Shown: in pieces, positions 7,161 through 16,391 of the stretch
Numbering within the stretch: position 1 is the first letter of the stretch
Layout: each line of letters begins with the position of its first letter
NCBI GenBank assembly: GCA_022703645.1
Contig: JAKLDG010000001.1
Location: 338,814 to 402,813 of the forward strand
DNA length: 64,000 nucleotides
DNA from: Patescibacteria group bacterium
GTDB taxonomy: Bacteria > Patescibacteriota > JACPGU01
Direction of reading: 5' to 3'
Notes under the pieces: generated by a model
Seen by the model: only the letters and a program-made list of their open reading frames with translations
Databases searched by the model: none
Told to the model about the DNA's origin: nothing
Program-made: the position numbers and the translations under genes

Positions 7161-10070
7161 CTATCTCACAAAATTTACCAATCGATTTTTGACGTAAATT
7201 ATTTTTTTATAGTTTGTTGAAATTTCCTTGAATTTCTCCGTATCTTGAATGACTTTCAATGCGTCTTCCTCGCTCGCATCAAAAGGCATCAGAATATTAC
7301 CGCGGTGTTTGCCGTTTTCTTGAATTACTATTTCAATCATATCTTCTTTTATTTTTTCCGGGTCGTGTTTTGGCCAAGTAAATTTTCCGCTAAAAATACT
7401 TTCTTCAAATCCGAATTGTTGCCAGATTTCCTCCGCGATATGAGGGCAAATAGGAGATAGAAGCAGAATCAAAACCATGTATGGCTGCGGGTAATTATAT
7501 AACAGATCTTTTTTGCTAATTAAAAAGTTGGTAAATTCCATTAATGTCGATACGAGAGTGTTTAAGTGCAGGCGATCCAGATCTTCATTAAATTTCTTGA
7601 TTGTTTTATGTGTCATCACTTCCAGTTCCGTTTCTCCAATTTCAAAAGAATCGGTAATTATTTTTGCCGGATCTTTTTCTTCAACCCGAGGCGCAATTTC
7701 TTGGCCAAGATTCCAGACTTTATTTAGAAATCTCGAAACACCCTCTATTCCTTGGCTGCTCCATGCCGCATCTTGCTCGAAAGGACCGATGAACATTTCA
7801 TAAGCGCGGGCGGTATCAGCACCGTATTTTTCGACAATTTCATTCGGGTTTACTACATTTCCAAGGGATTTACTCATCTTTTTCCCATCTTCTGCTAATA
7901 TCATTCCATGATTAATTCTTTTGGCATAAGGCTCAGAAGTTGGCACAAGCCCAAGATCATGAAAGAAAATATTCCAAAATCTAGAATAAAGCAGATGAAG
8001 CGTGGTATGTTCCGGTCCGCCCTCGTAAATATCCACCGGCATCCAATATTTCAACTTTTCAAAATCAGCGAACTGTTTGTCATTATGAGGATCGATGTAG
8101 CGCAAGAAATACCATGACGAACCTGCCCAGTTCGGCATAGTATCTGTCTCTCTTACAGCAGGTCCATTGCACTTTGGGCAAGTCGTATTTACCCAGTCTG
8201 TAATCTTTGCAAGAGGGGATTGCCCGTCCTCGGTTGGTTCGTAATTTTCCACTTCAGGCAATAGCACAGGCAATTGATCTTCCGGTACAGCAACTTCACC
8301 GCAATTAGGACAATATACAATTGGGATAGGCTCGCCCCAATAATGTTGGCGTGAAAATATCCAGTCGCGCAGATGGTAGGTGGTTATAAAATCACCAAGC
8401 TTCTCATCTTTTAATTTTTGGGTAATCTTTTTTCGAGCTTCCTCAGAGCTTAATCCGGTAAAATCTTGCGAATTGATTAGTACACCATCTCTGGTATACG
8501 CCGGGATTTTCGCGCTCATTTTTTCCTGCCAGATGCCAACCTCGGCATGCGTCATATTAGCATAATTCAATTGCGATTCATCAAGCCAAATCACATCGTG
8601 GTCATCTTTTTCTTTTTGCGAAATATCTTCTTGTGTGTGGTCGACTAATTCAAATAGCACAGCAGTGGTATAAGAAATTCGATTTAAATCTTTGTGATTA
8701 GCAAAATACTCGGTTCGCGTTTGACCGAAAAGAACCCTGTCTAATTTTAAGTTTGTAAACCCAGTTTCTTCGGCAACTTCTCTTTTTGCAGCAGTTACCA
8801 CGTCTTCGCCTTCTTCAATGCCACCCATTGGAAAAGTCGTCCAATCAAAGTTTTTCCATTTAAGTCCAAGATATTTTCCAGTTTTTGGATCGCGAACTAT
8901 GGCATGAATATTTTTTCTTTCAACGGTCTTTTTACCCTCAACTGGCGGGTTTCTTTCATCAATAATATTTGGTACGACTACTTCTTCGATTTTAATTCCA
9001 TATTTAACGGCAAAAGCATAGTCGCGTGTATCGTGAGCGGGAACTGCCATGATAGCGCCTGTACCATAATCTGCAAGCACATAATCAGCAACCCAGACCT
9101 CTACTTTGCGTCCATTTATAGGGTTTATAGCAGTAATACCTTCTAATTTTACGCCCGTCTTTTCCTTATCCTCAACCATTCTTTCAATATTTGACTTTTT
9201 CTTTGATTCATTAATGTATTCCTTGACCTCTTCTAAATTCGAGATTCTATCTTCTAAATTCTTTATGTATCCCGATTCCGGTGCCAAGACAATATATGTA
9301 CAACCAAACAACGTGTCTACCCTAGTAGTGAAAACCTTTATACTAGATTCTAAATTCTTTATTCTAAATTCTATTTCGCTTCCTTCAGATTTTCCTATCC
9401 AGTTTTCCTGCATGAGTTTTACTCTTTCCGGATAATCAACATTTTTTAGCCCTTCGAGTAACTTATCTGCATAAGCTGTAATACGCAACATCCATTGATC
9501 AAGTTCTTTTTTACTTGCGGCAGTTCCGCATCTTTCACATTTTTCATCGATTACTTCTTCATTGGCTAGCCCTATTTTGCAGCTTGGACACCAGTTAATC
9601 GCCATTTTCTTTTTGTAAGCAAGGCCATTTTCATAAAATTTTAGAAAAAACCACTGTGTCCATTCGTAATAAGCCGGATCAGTAGTATCGATTTCGCGAG
9701 ACCAATCAAAAGAATAACCAAGACTTTTTTGTTGTTTCGTAAAATTTGCAATGTTTTGAGCGGTAGCAACCGACGGGTGGATTTTATGCTTTATTGCGTA
9801 GTTTTCAGTGGGCAGACCAAAAGCGTCCCATCCAACCGGAAGCATCACGTTGTAACCCTCGAGCCTTTTCTTGCGCGCAATAATATCAGAAGTAGTCTGA
9901 CCTCGAAGATGCCCCATATGCAGACCATCTCCGGATGGATAATTGAACTCAAACAACATATAGAACTTTGGTTTTTTATCAAAGTCTTTCGCATGATATA
10001 GATCGGGAATCTTTTCCCAGATATCCTGCCATTTTTTTTCGATTTCGTGAGGATTGTAGTTGGTTGACAT
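7161..10070 (-). CDS. leuS: leucyl-tRNA synthetase with an inserted Nudix hydrolase domain
   Basis: HMGH and KMSKS class-I motifs, CP1 editing-domain signatures (TTRVDTLFG, AHDTRDYAF), LeuRS-like termini. About aa 383-515 carry a Nudix box, GGIEEGEDVVTAAKREVAEETG. Confidence 0.9.
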   Translation of the reverse strand: MSTNYNPHEIEKKWQDIWEKIPDLYHAKDFDKKPKFYMLFEFNYPSGDGLHMGHLRGQTTSDIIARKKRLEGYNVMLPVGWDAFGLPTENYAIKHKIHPSVATAQNIANFTKQQKSLGYSFDWSREIDTTDPAYYEWTQWFFLKFYENGLAYKKKMAINWCPSCKIGLANEEVIDEKCERCGTAASKKELDQWMLRITAYADKLLEGLKNVDYPERVKLMQENWIGKSEGSEIEFRIKNLESSIKVFTTRVDTLFGCTYIVLAPESGYIKNLEDRISNLEEVKEYINESKKKSNIERMVEDKEKTGVKLEGITAINPINGRKVEVWVADYVLADYGTGAIMAVPAHDTRDYAFAVKYGIKIEEVVVPNIIDERNPPVEGKKTVERKNIHAIVRDPKTGKYLGLKWKNFDWTTFPMGGIEEGEDVVTAAKREVAEETGFTNLKLDRVLFGQTRTEYFANHKDLNRISYTTAVLFELVDHTQEDISQKEKDDHDVIWLDESQLNYANMTHAEVGIWQEKMSAKIPAYTRDGVLINSQDFTGLSSEEARKKITQKLKDEKLGDFITTYHLRDWIFSRQHYWGEPIPIVYCPNCGEVAVPEDQLPVLLPEVENYEPTEDGQSPLAKITDWVNTTCPKCNGPAVRETDTMPNWAGSSWYFLRYIDPHNDKQFADFEKLKYWMPVDIYEGGPEHTTLHLLYSRFWNIFFHDLGLVPTSEPYAKRINHGMILAEDGKKMSKSLGNVVNPNEIVEKYGADTARAYEMFIGPFEQDAAWSSQGIEGVSRFLNKVWNLGQEIAPRVEEKDPAKIITDSFEIGETELEVMTHKTIKKFNEDLDRLHLNTLVSTLMEFTNFLISKKDLLYNYPQPYMVLILLLSPICPHIAEEIWQQFGFEESIFSGKFTWPKHDPEKIKEDMIEIVIQENGKHRGNILMPFDASEEDALKVIQDTEKFKEISTNYKKIIYVKNRLVNFVR

Positions 10071-10109
10071 GGTCTATATTTACTTAATAATTATTTCGCA
10101 GCTAACAAA

Positions 10110-10197
10110 AATATCCAATACTCAATATCCAATATCCAATCAATAACCAATAAATTAAATATCCAATTGGGTATTGGGTGTTGGATATTGGTCATTC
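10110..10197. repeat. array of CCAATA/TATTGG palindromic repeats (ATATCCAAT ... ATTGGATAT) in the leuS upstream region
   Basis: Direct and inverted ATATCCAAT units. Shares the 17-mer GGATATTGGTCATTSSA with the sites at 15.8 kb and 61.25 kb. Confidence 0.6.
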
Positions 10198-10252
10198 CAT
10201 CGTATTATACTACAAAAACTTATTTTTAGAACAGACTTTTGAGAACAAAAAA

Positions 10253-10483
10253 TTATTGAGAAATTATAAGCGCCGGGTTTTGATTTGATGCAAGGTAGAA
10301 GGCAATAAAGGAAACTACAATAATTAGAAATGCCCAGATCCAAACCGGAATCTTTTTCTTTTTTTCCAGGAATTCGATTTCCTCATCAACTGTATCGATC
10401 TCTCCTTCGATATTTGGAACATCATAGTTCTCTGGTTTATCTTCTACATCGTCATCTTCTTGTAAATTGTTTTCAGTTTCCAT
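10253..10483 (-). CDS. small hypothetical membrane protein (acidic N-terminus, C-terminal TM)
   Basis: 76-aa ORF with one hydrophobic helix; weak support. Confidence 0.35.
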   Translation of the reverse strand: METENNLQEDDDVEDKPENYDVPNIEGEIDTVDEEIEFLEKKKKIPVWIWAFLIIVVSFIAFYLASNQNPALIISQ

Positions 10484-10613
10484 AAATATTAATTAATTTT
10501 CAATTTTACAATTCTCAATTTCCAATCAATTCTCAATGATTCAATTTCTAAATGCTATCGCAAAGCGATACCTACAATGAAAATTGCAAAATTGAGAATT
10601 GAAAATTTCCTTA

Positions 10614-11561
10614 TCATTCTACTCTAAAATCATACACGCCGTCAACGATAGGATAAGTTTTTTCGCATTCTTTACATCGTACTTCGGGTTTGAGAAAAAT
10701 CAAATTTTGGCAACCGCACTTTGGGCATTTTAAAATATCTTGGATAGTCAACTCAGTTGGAATTACTTCCGGAATATTCGGATGCTTTTCGGCAAAAATA
10801 TAAATACTTGGCCCAAATTTCAATAAACTAAAGATTGGTTGAAAGAGTTTATCAATGCCAACCATTATAGGCACTGGAAGAATTTTTTTAACCAAAGTAC
10901 TTCTTAAATTCGATACCGAAACCTCTTTGTTGATTTGAAGTTCTTTATTCTTAACTTCATTTCGCATGAATTTTGGATGAAAACCATAAAAAAGATCGCC
11001 CCGCTGTGAAGGTTCGAGTGAAAAAGGCTTCATTTTCGATCTGCCAAATAAAGCGCGGATGACTTCAAAGAAATGCTTTTTATTTGCAAATTCGAGCAGT
11101 AATTTTCCTTTTGGCTTTAGAACTCTTGAAATCTCACTTATCACGCTTGGCACATCCTCCATGTGGTGCATCATACGGATAGAAAGCAGATAGTCCAAAA
11201 CATCGGATTTAAAAGGCGTATGGTACGCATTCATCGCGATAAAAAAAACATTCGGATTAGGATTGCCCTTATCCATAATTCCTAACTCGTGATTCATTAT
11301 TCTATTATGCGCTTTTTTCAAACTGTCGAGTGAATAATCGGCAATAATTGTATTGGTATAAGAGTTCTTATAAACATCATAGAGCCGTCCAAACCCACCG
11401 CCAAGGTCACAGAACCAGCCATCAGTAGTTTCTTTTGGCAGAAACTTTCGGATCGTTGAGCTCTCAATGCGATTTTCATAACCACGCGCTACTTTTTCGT
11501 CCTGCCAATATTTTTCATAGTCATACCCGGCTTTATCATAGTCTGCAATGTTTTGGTTCAT
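10614..11561 (-). CDS. class I SAM-dependent methyltransferase with C-terminal Trm112-like zinc ribbon
   Basis: Motif I DLGGGFGR; C-terminal CPKCG...CKEC. Confidence 0.7.
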   Translation of the reverse strand: MNQNIADYDKAGYDYEKYWQDEKVARGYENRIESSTIRKFLPKETTDGWFCDLGGGFGRLYDVYKNSYTNTIIADYSLDSLKKAHNRIMNHELGIMDKGNPNPNVFFIAMNAYHTPFKSDVLDYLLSIRMMHHMEDVPSVISEISRVLKPKGKLLLEFANKKHFFEVIRALFGRSKMKPFSLEPSQRGDLFYGFHPKFMRNEVKNKELQINKEVSVSNLRSTLVKKILPVPIMVGIDKLFQPIFSLLKFGPSIYIFAEKHPNIPEVIPTELTIQDILKCPKCGCQNLIFLKPEVRCKECEKTYPIVDGVYDFRVE

Positions 11562-11702
11562 AGTGATAAATTTAAAATTTCTAAATTATAAATTATAATA
11601 TCTAATAAAATGTCCAAAGAAAAATTCTAAATATTTTGATTTTTTGTCATTAAGATTTTTATTAGAAATTATAATTTAGATATTATGGGAAAATTATTAT
11701 TT

Positions 11703-12260
11703 TTATGGGCAAATAATCTCATTAATCTTCCATTGGTTATCTTGAAGGATCAACTCTAATTTTATTTTCCTGGATTTTATATAATTCAGATTCATTTCTA
11801 CTGTAGCTGCATCATTTTTAACAGTAATATCACCAAAAGCTACTGTGTCTGGCATCCCAACACCGCAAATAACGGGGTCTATTTTTTTATCAGACTCTTT
11901 TTGCTCAGCTACGTTTTTTTCGATTTTGGCAATTAAATCCGGAGTCAATGTGCCGCGATCTTTGTAGCTAACATCTGAAAATACATCGGTATTACCATGA
12001 ATATACCAGTTATAAAAACTATTTACTGCCACTTCCACAGTCATTTTCTTATCCTGCAGCATGGCAGCTTCTTGATTGGCTTTTTTTGTATTGTTTTTTG
12101 TGCTTGCCATACCTGCAATAGCTATGACCACCGCAGCAATAAACAATATCGCTGCTAGAGAAAACATAGATAAAAGTATATAGAACTTTTTATCCCGACC
12201 AAAAAGTCTTTTTATCTTTGGAAACATTTGAGTGGTTTTCTGAATAATTTGCTTTATCAT
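11703..12260 (-). CDS. membrane-anchored hypothetical protein
   Basis: N-terminal TM (YILLSMFSLAAILFIAAVVIAIAG) followed by a soluble domain. Confidence 0.5.
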   Translation of the reverse strand: MIKQIIQKTTQMFPKIKRLFGRDKKFYILLSMFSLAAILFIAAVVIAIAGMASTKNNTKKANQEAAMLQDKKMTVEVAVNSFYNWYIHGNTDVFSDVSYKDRGTLTPDLIAKIEKNVAEQKESDKKIDPVICGVGMPDTVAFGDITVKNDAATVEMNLNYIKSRKIKLELILQDNQWKINEIICP

Positions 12261-12454
12261 GCTAATATTATAACTTATATTTCAGTAATTAGTCAATTTA
12301 TTTACGAATTATTTTTTTGTCATGTGAAGTTAAGTCTATAATCTGCGAAGGATCCCCATTCCCAGACTTTTTGATGAGTACATCTATGAGCCTGCCTGCC
12401 GGTAGGCTGGTTCTGGGATGACAGCTCTAAGACGATTATATCTTAAATCCCGGT

Positions 12455-12492
12455 ATAAAAAAAGTTCCGCTTTTGGAGCGGAACTTTTGAAG
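12455..12492. terminator. intrinsic terminator (agttccgc/gcggaact hairpin) after the CapA-family gene
   Basis: Perfect 8-bp stem with a T-run on the minus-strand reading. Confidence 0.6.
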
Positions 12493-12510
12493 TTTGTAAA
12501 TAAACCGTGT

Positions 12511-13542
12511 TTAAGGAAGTTTGACTGTCAGTGAATACTTATTAGAATCAAACTTGGTCCCGAAACCCTTACTGATTGATGTGATTCGGTTGATAAGTCT
12601 TGGGTCGTATTCCGGAATCGGACGGCCGTTTTTATCCCAAGCCGGAATAATCTCAATCTTATTGAGTTTATAATCTTCGTATACAACGCGCAGAATCATA
12701 CTTTCAATAATCGAAGACTTGCCGGTAAAAAGGAAATTTCCGAGAGAATAGGCGATAACCTTGCCTTTGTAGATTTCAATTCCCTGAATCCGATGTGGAT
12801 GGTGGCCGATGACGATATCGGCCCCGGCGTCGATAAGCTTGTGAGCGACCACCTTATGATATGCATTTGGATAGTACATGCATTCCGTGCCCCAGTGAAG
12901 CGTGACGACCACTATATCTGCTTTCGTTTTGAGGCTTTTTATCGCATCAGCCATTTCAGGGGAAAAGCCCTTCATCGCGGTATTTAAACCGGGTGAATTT
13001 ATACCGGCCTTTGAATATCCCGGAACTACCATGGTGTAACCGAGATACCCGACGCGGTAGCCTTTCTCAGTAATTATTGCAGGCGCAGCTGCTTCGGCGG
13101 CATTCTTCCCAGCTCCGACATATAGTATCTTGTGCGCTTTCAGAGCTGCCATAGTATCCAGCAGCCCCTGCGCACGATAATCCATCATGTGGTTATTCGC
13201 CAGTGTCATTATATCGAATCTGGCGTTGGGAAGTATCTCAGCGTATTTCGGCGGGGCTTTAAAAATAAAATTTCTTCCGGCCCGCAGCGATGCGGCTGAC
13301 TTTCCCAGCGTTGCATGCGGGTATTCAGTCAGCGGACATTCGAGGTTCCCGAAAGAAATATCGGAATCCTGAAGTGTTAAGCTCGCGAACTCGTACGGGA
13401 AATCATATCCGTTTTTCGCTATGTAACCCGCCATCCGCGCGCCGAGCAGATTGTCGCCCGTAAAAACGAGTTTTAATTTTTCGGCTCTGACGTTCGACGC
13501 AATCACAATGAATATTACGACAAATAGAAAAATTTTTTTCAA
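12511..13542 (-). CDS. CapA/PgsA-family metallophosphoesterase, secreted
   Basis: Signal peptide; motifs GNLECP, ANNHMMD, GHHPHRIQG, YSLGNF typical of the CapA (poly-gamma-glutamate synthesis protein) family. GC-richer than neighbouring genes. Confidence 0.75.
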   Translation of the reverse strand: MKKIFLFVVIFIVIASNVRAEKLKLVFTGDNLLGARMAGYIAKNGYDFPYEFASLTLQDSDISFGNLECPLTEYPHATLGKSAASLRAGRNFIFKAPPKYAEILPNARFDIMTLANNHMMDYRAQGLLDTMAALKAHKILYVGAGKNAAEAAAPAIITEKGYRVGYLGYTMVVPGYSKAGINSPGLNTAMKGFSPEMADAIKSLKTKADIVVVTLHWGTECMYYPNAYHKVVAHKLIDAGADIVIGHHPHRIQGIEIYKGKVIAYSLGNFLFTGKSSIIESMILRVVYEDYKLNKIEIIPAWDKNGRPIPEYDPRLINRITSISKGFGTKFDSNKYSLTVKLP

Positions 13543-13603
13543 AGAACTTTACCTCTCTTTTCTTTAGATTTTGGCTAACTAAAGAGATATTATCACGTTA
13601 GAA

Positions 13604-14923
13604 CTATTTTGTCAACTCGAGTACTACTAAAGCCTCAATATGCGGAGTGCGGGGAAAAAAATTATAGAGCTTCATAAATTTTATATCGTATTTATCTTTG
13701 AGAATACTGATATCGCGGGCTTGTGTGGCGATATTGCATGACAGATAAATTATTTTTTTGGGGGTTACTTCAATCAGTCGATCTAATACTTTATCATGGA
13801 GTCCAGCTCGAGGCGGATCAAATATGATGGTTTTATCTTTTTCAATATAATCAAGAGCTTTTTCAGCAGGGGATAGAGTGGCTTCGCAATTACCGATTTT
13901 ATTTAATCCAATATTTTCTTGCGCAAAACTAACTGCCTCCATATTAGATTCAACTAGTTGGTTCGCGCCTATGGATAAACCAATAGCGCCAACGCCGGAG
14001 TAAAAATCGATAATACGCGAATTACTCGAATTTTGCGAATTTTCGCGAATTGAATCGGAAATGTCTTTTAATGCCATTTCAAAAACGGGAATATTTACTT
14101 GGAAAAATGAATTTATCCCATATTTGAATTGTTTGCCCGCGATTTCCTCTATTAGAAAATCTTGTCCTTTCTGGTATAAAACTTCCGTAATCACAGAAGC
14201 AGGGGACTTGTGTGTCGAATAGTACAGATTAAATCCGATAAATTTTTTATCGAGCATAGGATAGTTATCGAAAGTAAGTTTATCTTTTATAAATAACCCT
14301 GCGACAGTTTCGCCCTTCATATTCGAACGAACGATCAAAGCCTTCATATTGCGCATGGTTAGCGATGTAGAGTTAACCCAATCCAATATCTTTTTTGCGG
14401 TATCGTTTATCGCGTCTGTTGCAAGCTCACAACTTTCGATAGGAATTCTAACCTTTTGTCCGCGTTTGAAAAATGCAAGTGAAATTTTTTCATCCACCCC
14501 TTCAACAAAAGAAAATTCCATTTTATTGCGATAACCGGATTCAACATTGTTGGTTTCGATCTGTAGGGGCAACCCTTGCGGTTGCCCTTTTTTGGCAGGG
14601 GCAAGCCCTGCCCCTACGGATATCCCTCCAATTCGTCGGTATGTTTCGTTCGCGGCTTCTTTCTTCATTTCGTTTTCATAATCAATGTCCATCATTGCCC
14701 AAGCAGAGCATGATAGAAAATGATCTTCATTTGGTTTAATTCGATGGGGCGAAGGTTTGACAAAGTTTACCGCAAGACATTCGTAAATTCCTTTTCGTTT
14801 GTTAATAATTTCCGCTTCAACTTCTTCTCCCGGTAAAGCATTCCAAATAAAATAAGTGTAATCATTCTCATGCGCAATACCCTGGCCGCCATCAACTAAT
14901 TTTTCAATTTTGAGTTTAACCAT
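13604..14923 (-). CDS. RNA (uracil-C5)-methyltransferase, RlmD/TrmA family, carrying an in-frame REPIN-like insertion
   Basis: N-terminal TRAM-like domain; SAM MTase motifs DFYSGVGAIG, FDPPRAG, YLSCNIAT. The element at 14561-14619 encodes VGAGLAPAKKGQPQGLPLQ in frame. Confidence 0.8.
   Translation of the reverse strand: MVKLKIEKLVDGGQGIAHENDYTYFIWNALPGEEVEAEIINKRKGIYECLAVNFVKPSPHRIKPNEDHFLSCSAWAMMDIDYENEMKKEAANETYRRIGGISVGAGLAPAKKGQPQGLPLQIETNNVESGYRNKMEFSFVEGVDEKISLAFFKRGQKVRIPIESCELATDAINDTAKKILDWVNSTSLTMRNMKALIVRSNMKGETVAGLFIKDKLTFDNYPMLDKKFIGFNLYYSTHKSPASVITEVLYQKGQDFLIEEIAGKQFKYGINSFFQVNIPVFEMALKDISDSIRENSQNSSNSRIIDFYSGVGAIGLSIGANQLVESNMEAVSFAQENIGLNKIGNCEATLSPAEKALDYIEKDKTIIFDPPRAGLHDKVLDRLIEVTPKKIIYLSCNIATQARDISILKDKYDIKFMKLYNFFPRTPHIEALVVLELTK
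14561..14619. repeat. REPIN-like GC-rich palindromic element, in frame inside the RNA methyltransferase gene
   Basis: CTGTAGGGGC-[gggcaacc/ggttgccc hairpin]-tttttt-[gcagggg...cccctgc hairpin]-GCCCCTACGG. Same termini and two-hairpin architecture as the element at 6824-6889. Confidence 0.7.
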
Positions 14924-14949
14924 ATGTATAGTTTATCAGAAAATTGGTA

Positions 14950-14990
14950 AAAATAAAAACGGTTCCTTTTTTAAAGGAACCGTTTCGTTG
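14950..14990 (-). terminator. intrinsic terminator (aaacggttccttt/aaaggaaccgttt)
   Basis: 13-bp perfect stem followed by a T-run on the minus strand, downstream of the L,D-transpeptidase gene. Confidence 0.6.
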
Positions 14991-14999
14991 TAAAGATTT

Positions 15000-15620
15000 T
15001 TAATAGATATAAACTTGGGGATAGCTTTTCCCTGATTTGAGAAGCGCTACAACCCAGTTATAAACCACTTCTGCATTCGGCCGTGAGAGACGAATGCATC
15101 CGTGAGATGCGGGGCGTCCGAGTAATCTTTCATACCCAGACATGAAAAGTCCATGGATACCGACTTTTCCGTCCGGAGTTACCGCAAGCCATCGATATAA
15201 GTGACATTTATACATTCTCGAGATAGGATTTGGTGCATGATTATAAACTCTTGAAACACCTTTTGGAGTAGATCCTTTGTACCTTCCCGTAGAAGTTTTG
15301 AATTCGTGGATAATCCGGTAATTCTCAATGACCCGCAGTCTCTGCTCCTTTATGGAAATATCTATGCGAATGCCATCCAGAAGCATTCCGCCCGGTGTTG
15401 CAGTGGCTACTTCGGGAGGCAGAGCTTTTTCGGCTTTTTTGGGTGGCTCGATAATGCCGTCCAAAATTGGCGTTCCCGTTGCGTCAGTTGCCGGCACCGG
15501 TGTAAAAAGAATGGTTCCCGGCACAGCTTTTTCCGTGTCGTTTTCAGCCGCGAAGGCTGGCGCATTATTCAAGATGAGTAACATCAAGAATACGACACAA
15601 TATAGCTTCATACGCATCAC
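15000..15620 (-). CDS. L,D-transpeptidase (YkuD domain), secreted
   Basis: Signal peptide; catalytic HGCIRLS motif. Confidence 0.8.
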   Translation of the reverse strand: MMRMKLYCVVFLMLLILNNAPAFAAENDTEKAVPGTILFTPVPATDATGTPILDGIIEPPKKAEKALPPEVATATPGGMLLDGIRIDISIKEQRLRVIENYRIIHEFKTSTGRYKGSTPKGVSRVYNHAPNPISRMYKCHLYRWLAVTPDGKVGIHGLFMSGYERLLGRPASHGCIRLSRPNAEVVYNWVVALLKSGKSYPQVYIY

Positions 15621-15730
15621 CCCTTTCTGTTTTTAAAATAACGCGCAACAAGTGCGACTTGCATATTATACTACTAATTTTTTGACTTAACAAGAAGGTT
15701 TTTGTAAAAAAAGCGCAGAGGAGGTATAAT

Positions 15731-15838
15731 AAATATCCAATACCCAATACGCAATACTCAATCAATTTTATAATACTCAATACCCATTGGATATTAAATT
15801 ATTGGATATTTATTGGTCATTGGACATTGGAAATTGGG
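15731..15838. repeat. array of CCAATA/TATTGG palindromic repeats between divergent genes, overlapping a candidate promoter
   Basis: aaatatccaatacccaatacgcaatactcaat ... attggatattaaattattggatatttattggtcattggacattggaaattgggtat. A candidate TTGGAC ... TATAAT promoter pair sits at about 15817-15845. Confidence 0.6.
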
Positions 15839-15864
15839 TATTATAATTTTTGCATAAAAATACT

Positions 15865-16347
15865 ATGTATAAAAAAGAAAAAAAAGAGGTTGACAAAAAA
15901 TTACTTGCCGAAGATAGGGCTGGTGGTTTTAAATGTATTAACTGCGGACAGTGGGTAAACTTGGCCGACAGCATCGGCACGGCGCATCGCAACCACTGTC
16001 CATTTTGTTTTTGCTCCTGTCATGTTGACCGCGATAAAAGCGGGGATCGCAGATCTGATTGTTTTGGAAAAATGAAACCAATCGGATTAACTTTCAAAAA
16101 TGAAGGTTTTGATAAATATGGCAAAAAACGCCAAGGCGAGCTGATGTTTATTCATCAATGTACCAATTGCGGTAAAATATCAATTAACCGCATAGCGGGG
16201 GATGACGATGAGAAAGGGATTATGAGATTATTTGAAGAGTCGCAAAAAATAGATCCAAAGATTATTGGTGAAATAGAGAAGGAGGGGATTGTGGTTTTAC
16301 GCGAAAAAGATCGGCAAGCATTAATAAAACAATTGCCAAGTATATAA
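15865..16347 (+). CDS. RNHCP domain-containing zinc-binding protein
   Basis: Literal HRNHCPFC motif with multiple Cys pairs. Start taken at the MYKKEKK Met. Confidence 0.7.
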   Translation: MYKKEKKEVDKKLLAEDRAGGFKCINCGQWVNLADSIGTAHRNHCPFCFCSCHVDRDKSGDRRSDCFGKMKPIGLTFKNEGFDKYGKKRQGELMFIHQCTNCGKISINRIAGDDDEKGIMRLFEESQKIDPKIIGEIEKEGIVVLREKDRQALIKQLPSI

Positions 16348-16380
16348 AAACCCTCGTAGTAATCCCACGAGGGTTTTTGA
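16346..16380. terminator. bidirectional intrinsic terminator between convergent genes
   Basis: aaaccctcgt ... acgagggttt hairpin, flanked by an A-run and a T-run. Confidence 0.6.
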
Positions 16381-16391
16381 AACTTTATAGT

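Noticed and set aside
10490-10615. Long AT-rich inverted repeat (caattttacaattctcaatttcc ... ggaaattttcaattctcaattttg) with a central tatcgc-aaa-gcgata hairpin
   Set aside because: Plausibly just the terminator/promoter region between two minus-strand genes. Single copy, no family resemblance; noted but not called as a mobile element.
12370-12430. Possible hammerhead ribozyme, from the TGATGAG motif
   Set aside because: The first base is U, not C. No stem II / CGAAA / stem III arrangement follows. Kept only as a generic structured region.
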